This document shows, one piece after another, positions 63,918-64,000 of a DNA stretch of 64,000 bases. The position numbers and the translations under genes were made by a program. Position 1 is the first letter of the stretch. Each line of letters opens with the position of its first letter. Below the pieces are notes generated by a model that made no database searches, had not been told where the DNA came from, and worked only from the letters and a program-made list of their open reading frames with translations. This DNA is from a virus (Duplodnaviria; Caudoviricetes). The stretch lies in IMG/VR virus record IMGVR_UViG_3300030330_004160, positions 121,387-185,386 of that record; one strand, given 5' to 3'.

Positions 63918-64000
63918 AAGTAGGTGACTCGGTGAGATATAAACATGATGGCACAATGGGTGTTATCTTCTACATCAACCCGGAAGGAGGCACTATTAAA
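63914..64000 (+). CDS. SH3/KOW-like array protein, truncated by the window end
   Basis: MKVGDSVRYKHDGTMGVI. Confidence 0.6.
   Translation, partial: MKVGDSVRYKHDGTMGVIFYINPEGGTIK

Noticed and set aside
1-64000. Minus-strand and nested alternative-frame ORFs in the track
   Set aside because: They overlap well-supported plus-strand genes, lack recognisable motifs, and look like shadow ORFs.
1-64000. Stop-codon reassignment (alternative genetic code)
   Set aside because: Core genes are full length under the standard code, and TAA, TAG and TGA all serve as stops (sheath TAG, RecA TGA, RNR TAA).
1-64000. Prophage or bacterial chromosome origin (because of groEL, dnaE, clpP)
   Set aside because: These genes are divergent, dispersed among phage genes on one strand and not in bacterial operons; no integrase or att site was seen.

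Overview
A 64-kb segment of a large, lytic-looking dsDNA tailed phage with a contractile tail (myovirus-like, T4-style gene families but highly divergent). It uses the standard genetic code and essentially every credible gene is on the + strand. Layout: (1) 1-18.1 kb: neck, tail sheath, tubes, chaperone, tape measure and baseplate genes. (2) 18.1-31 kb: replication, recombination and nucleotide metabolism (minimal family-A polymerase, degenerate tubulin/FtsZ, gp32-like SSB, RM pair, RecA/UvsX, 5'-3' exonuclease, ClpP, DnaB, class II RNR, GroES, ThyX). (3) 31-55 kb: mixed accessory and core genes (lipoproteins, J-domain protein, fatty-acid hydroxylase, tRNA-Arg, CodA-like amidohydrolase, DnaE, a second RM pair, dUTPase, second ClpP, amidase, GroEL, glutaredoxin, trypsin). 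(4) 55-64 kb: a probable early region. This last region is the most striking. It holds about 23 paralogous 50-100 aa SH3/KOW-like proteins (MKVGDLV...LEVINE) with variable cores. Six of their junctions share a ~33-bp dual-coding repeat. The region is punctuated by 9-10 copies of a promoter cassette in which a GGACA-N5-TGTCC palindrome abuts a -35-like hexamer, centred near -42. Together these look like a shufflable, co-regulated mini-gene arsenal. Three promoter classes are visible across the window: sigma70-like TTGACA, late-like ACTA(T/G)TTA, and the palindrome class. All functional calls come from motif recognition by eye; no database searches were run.
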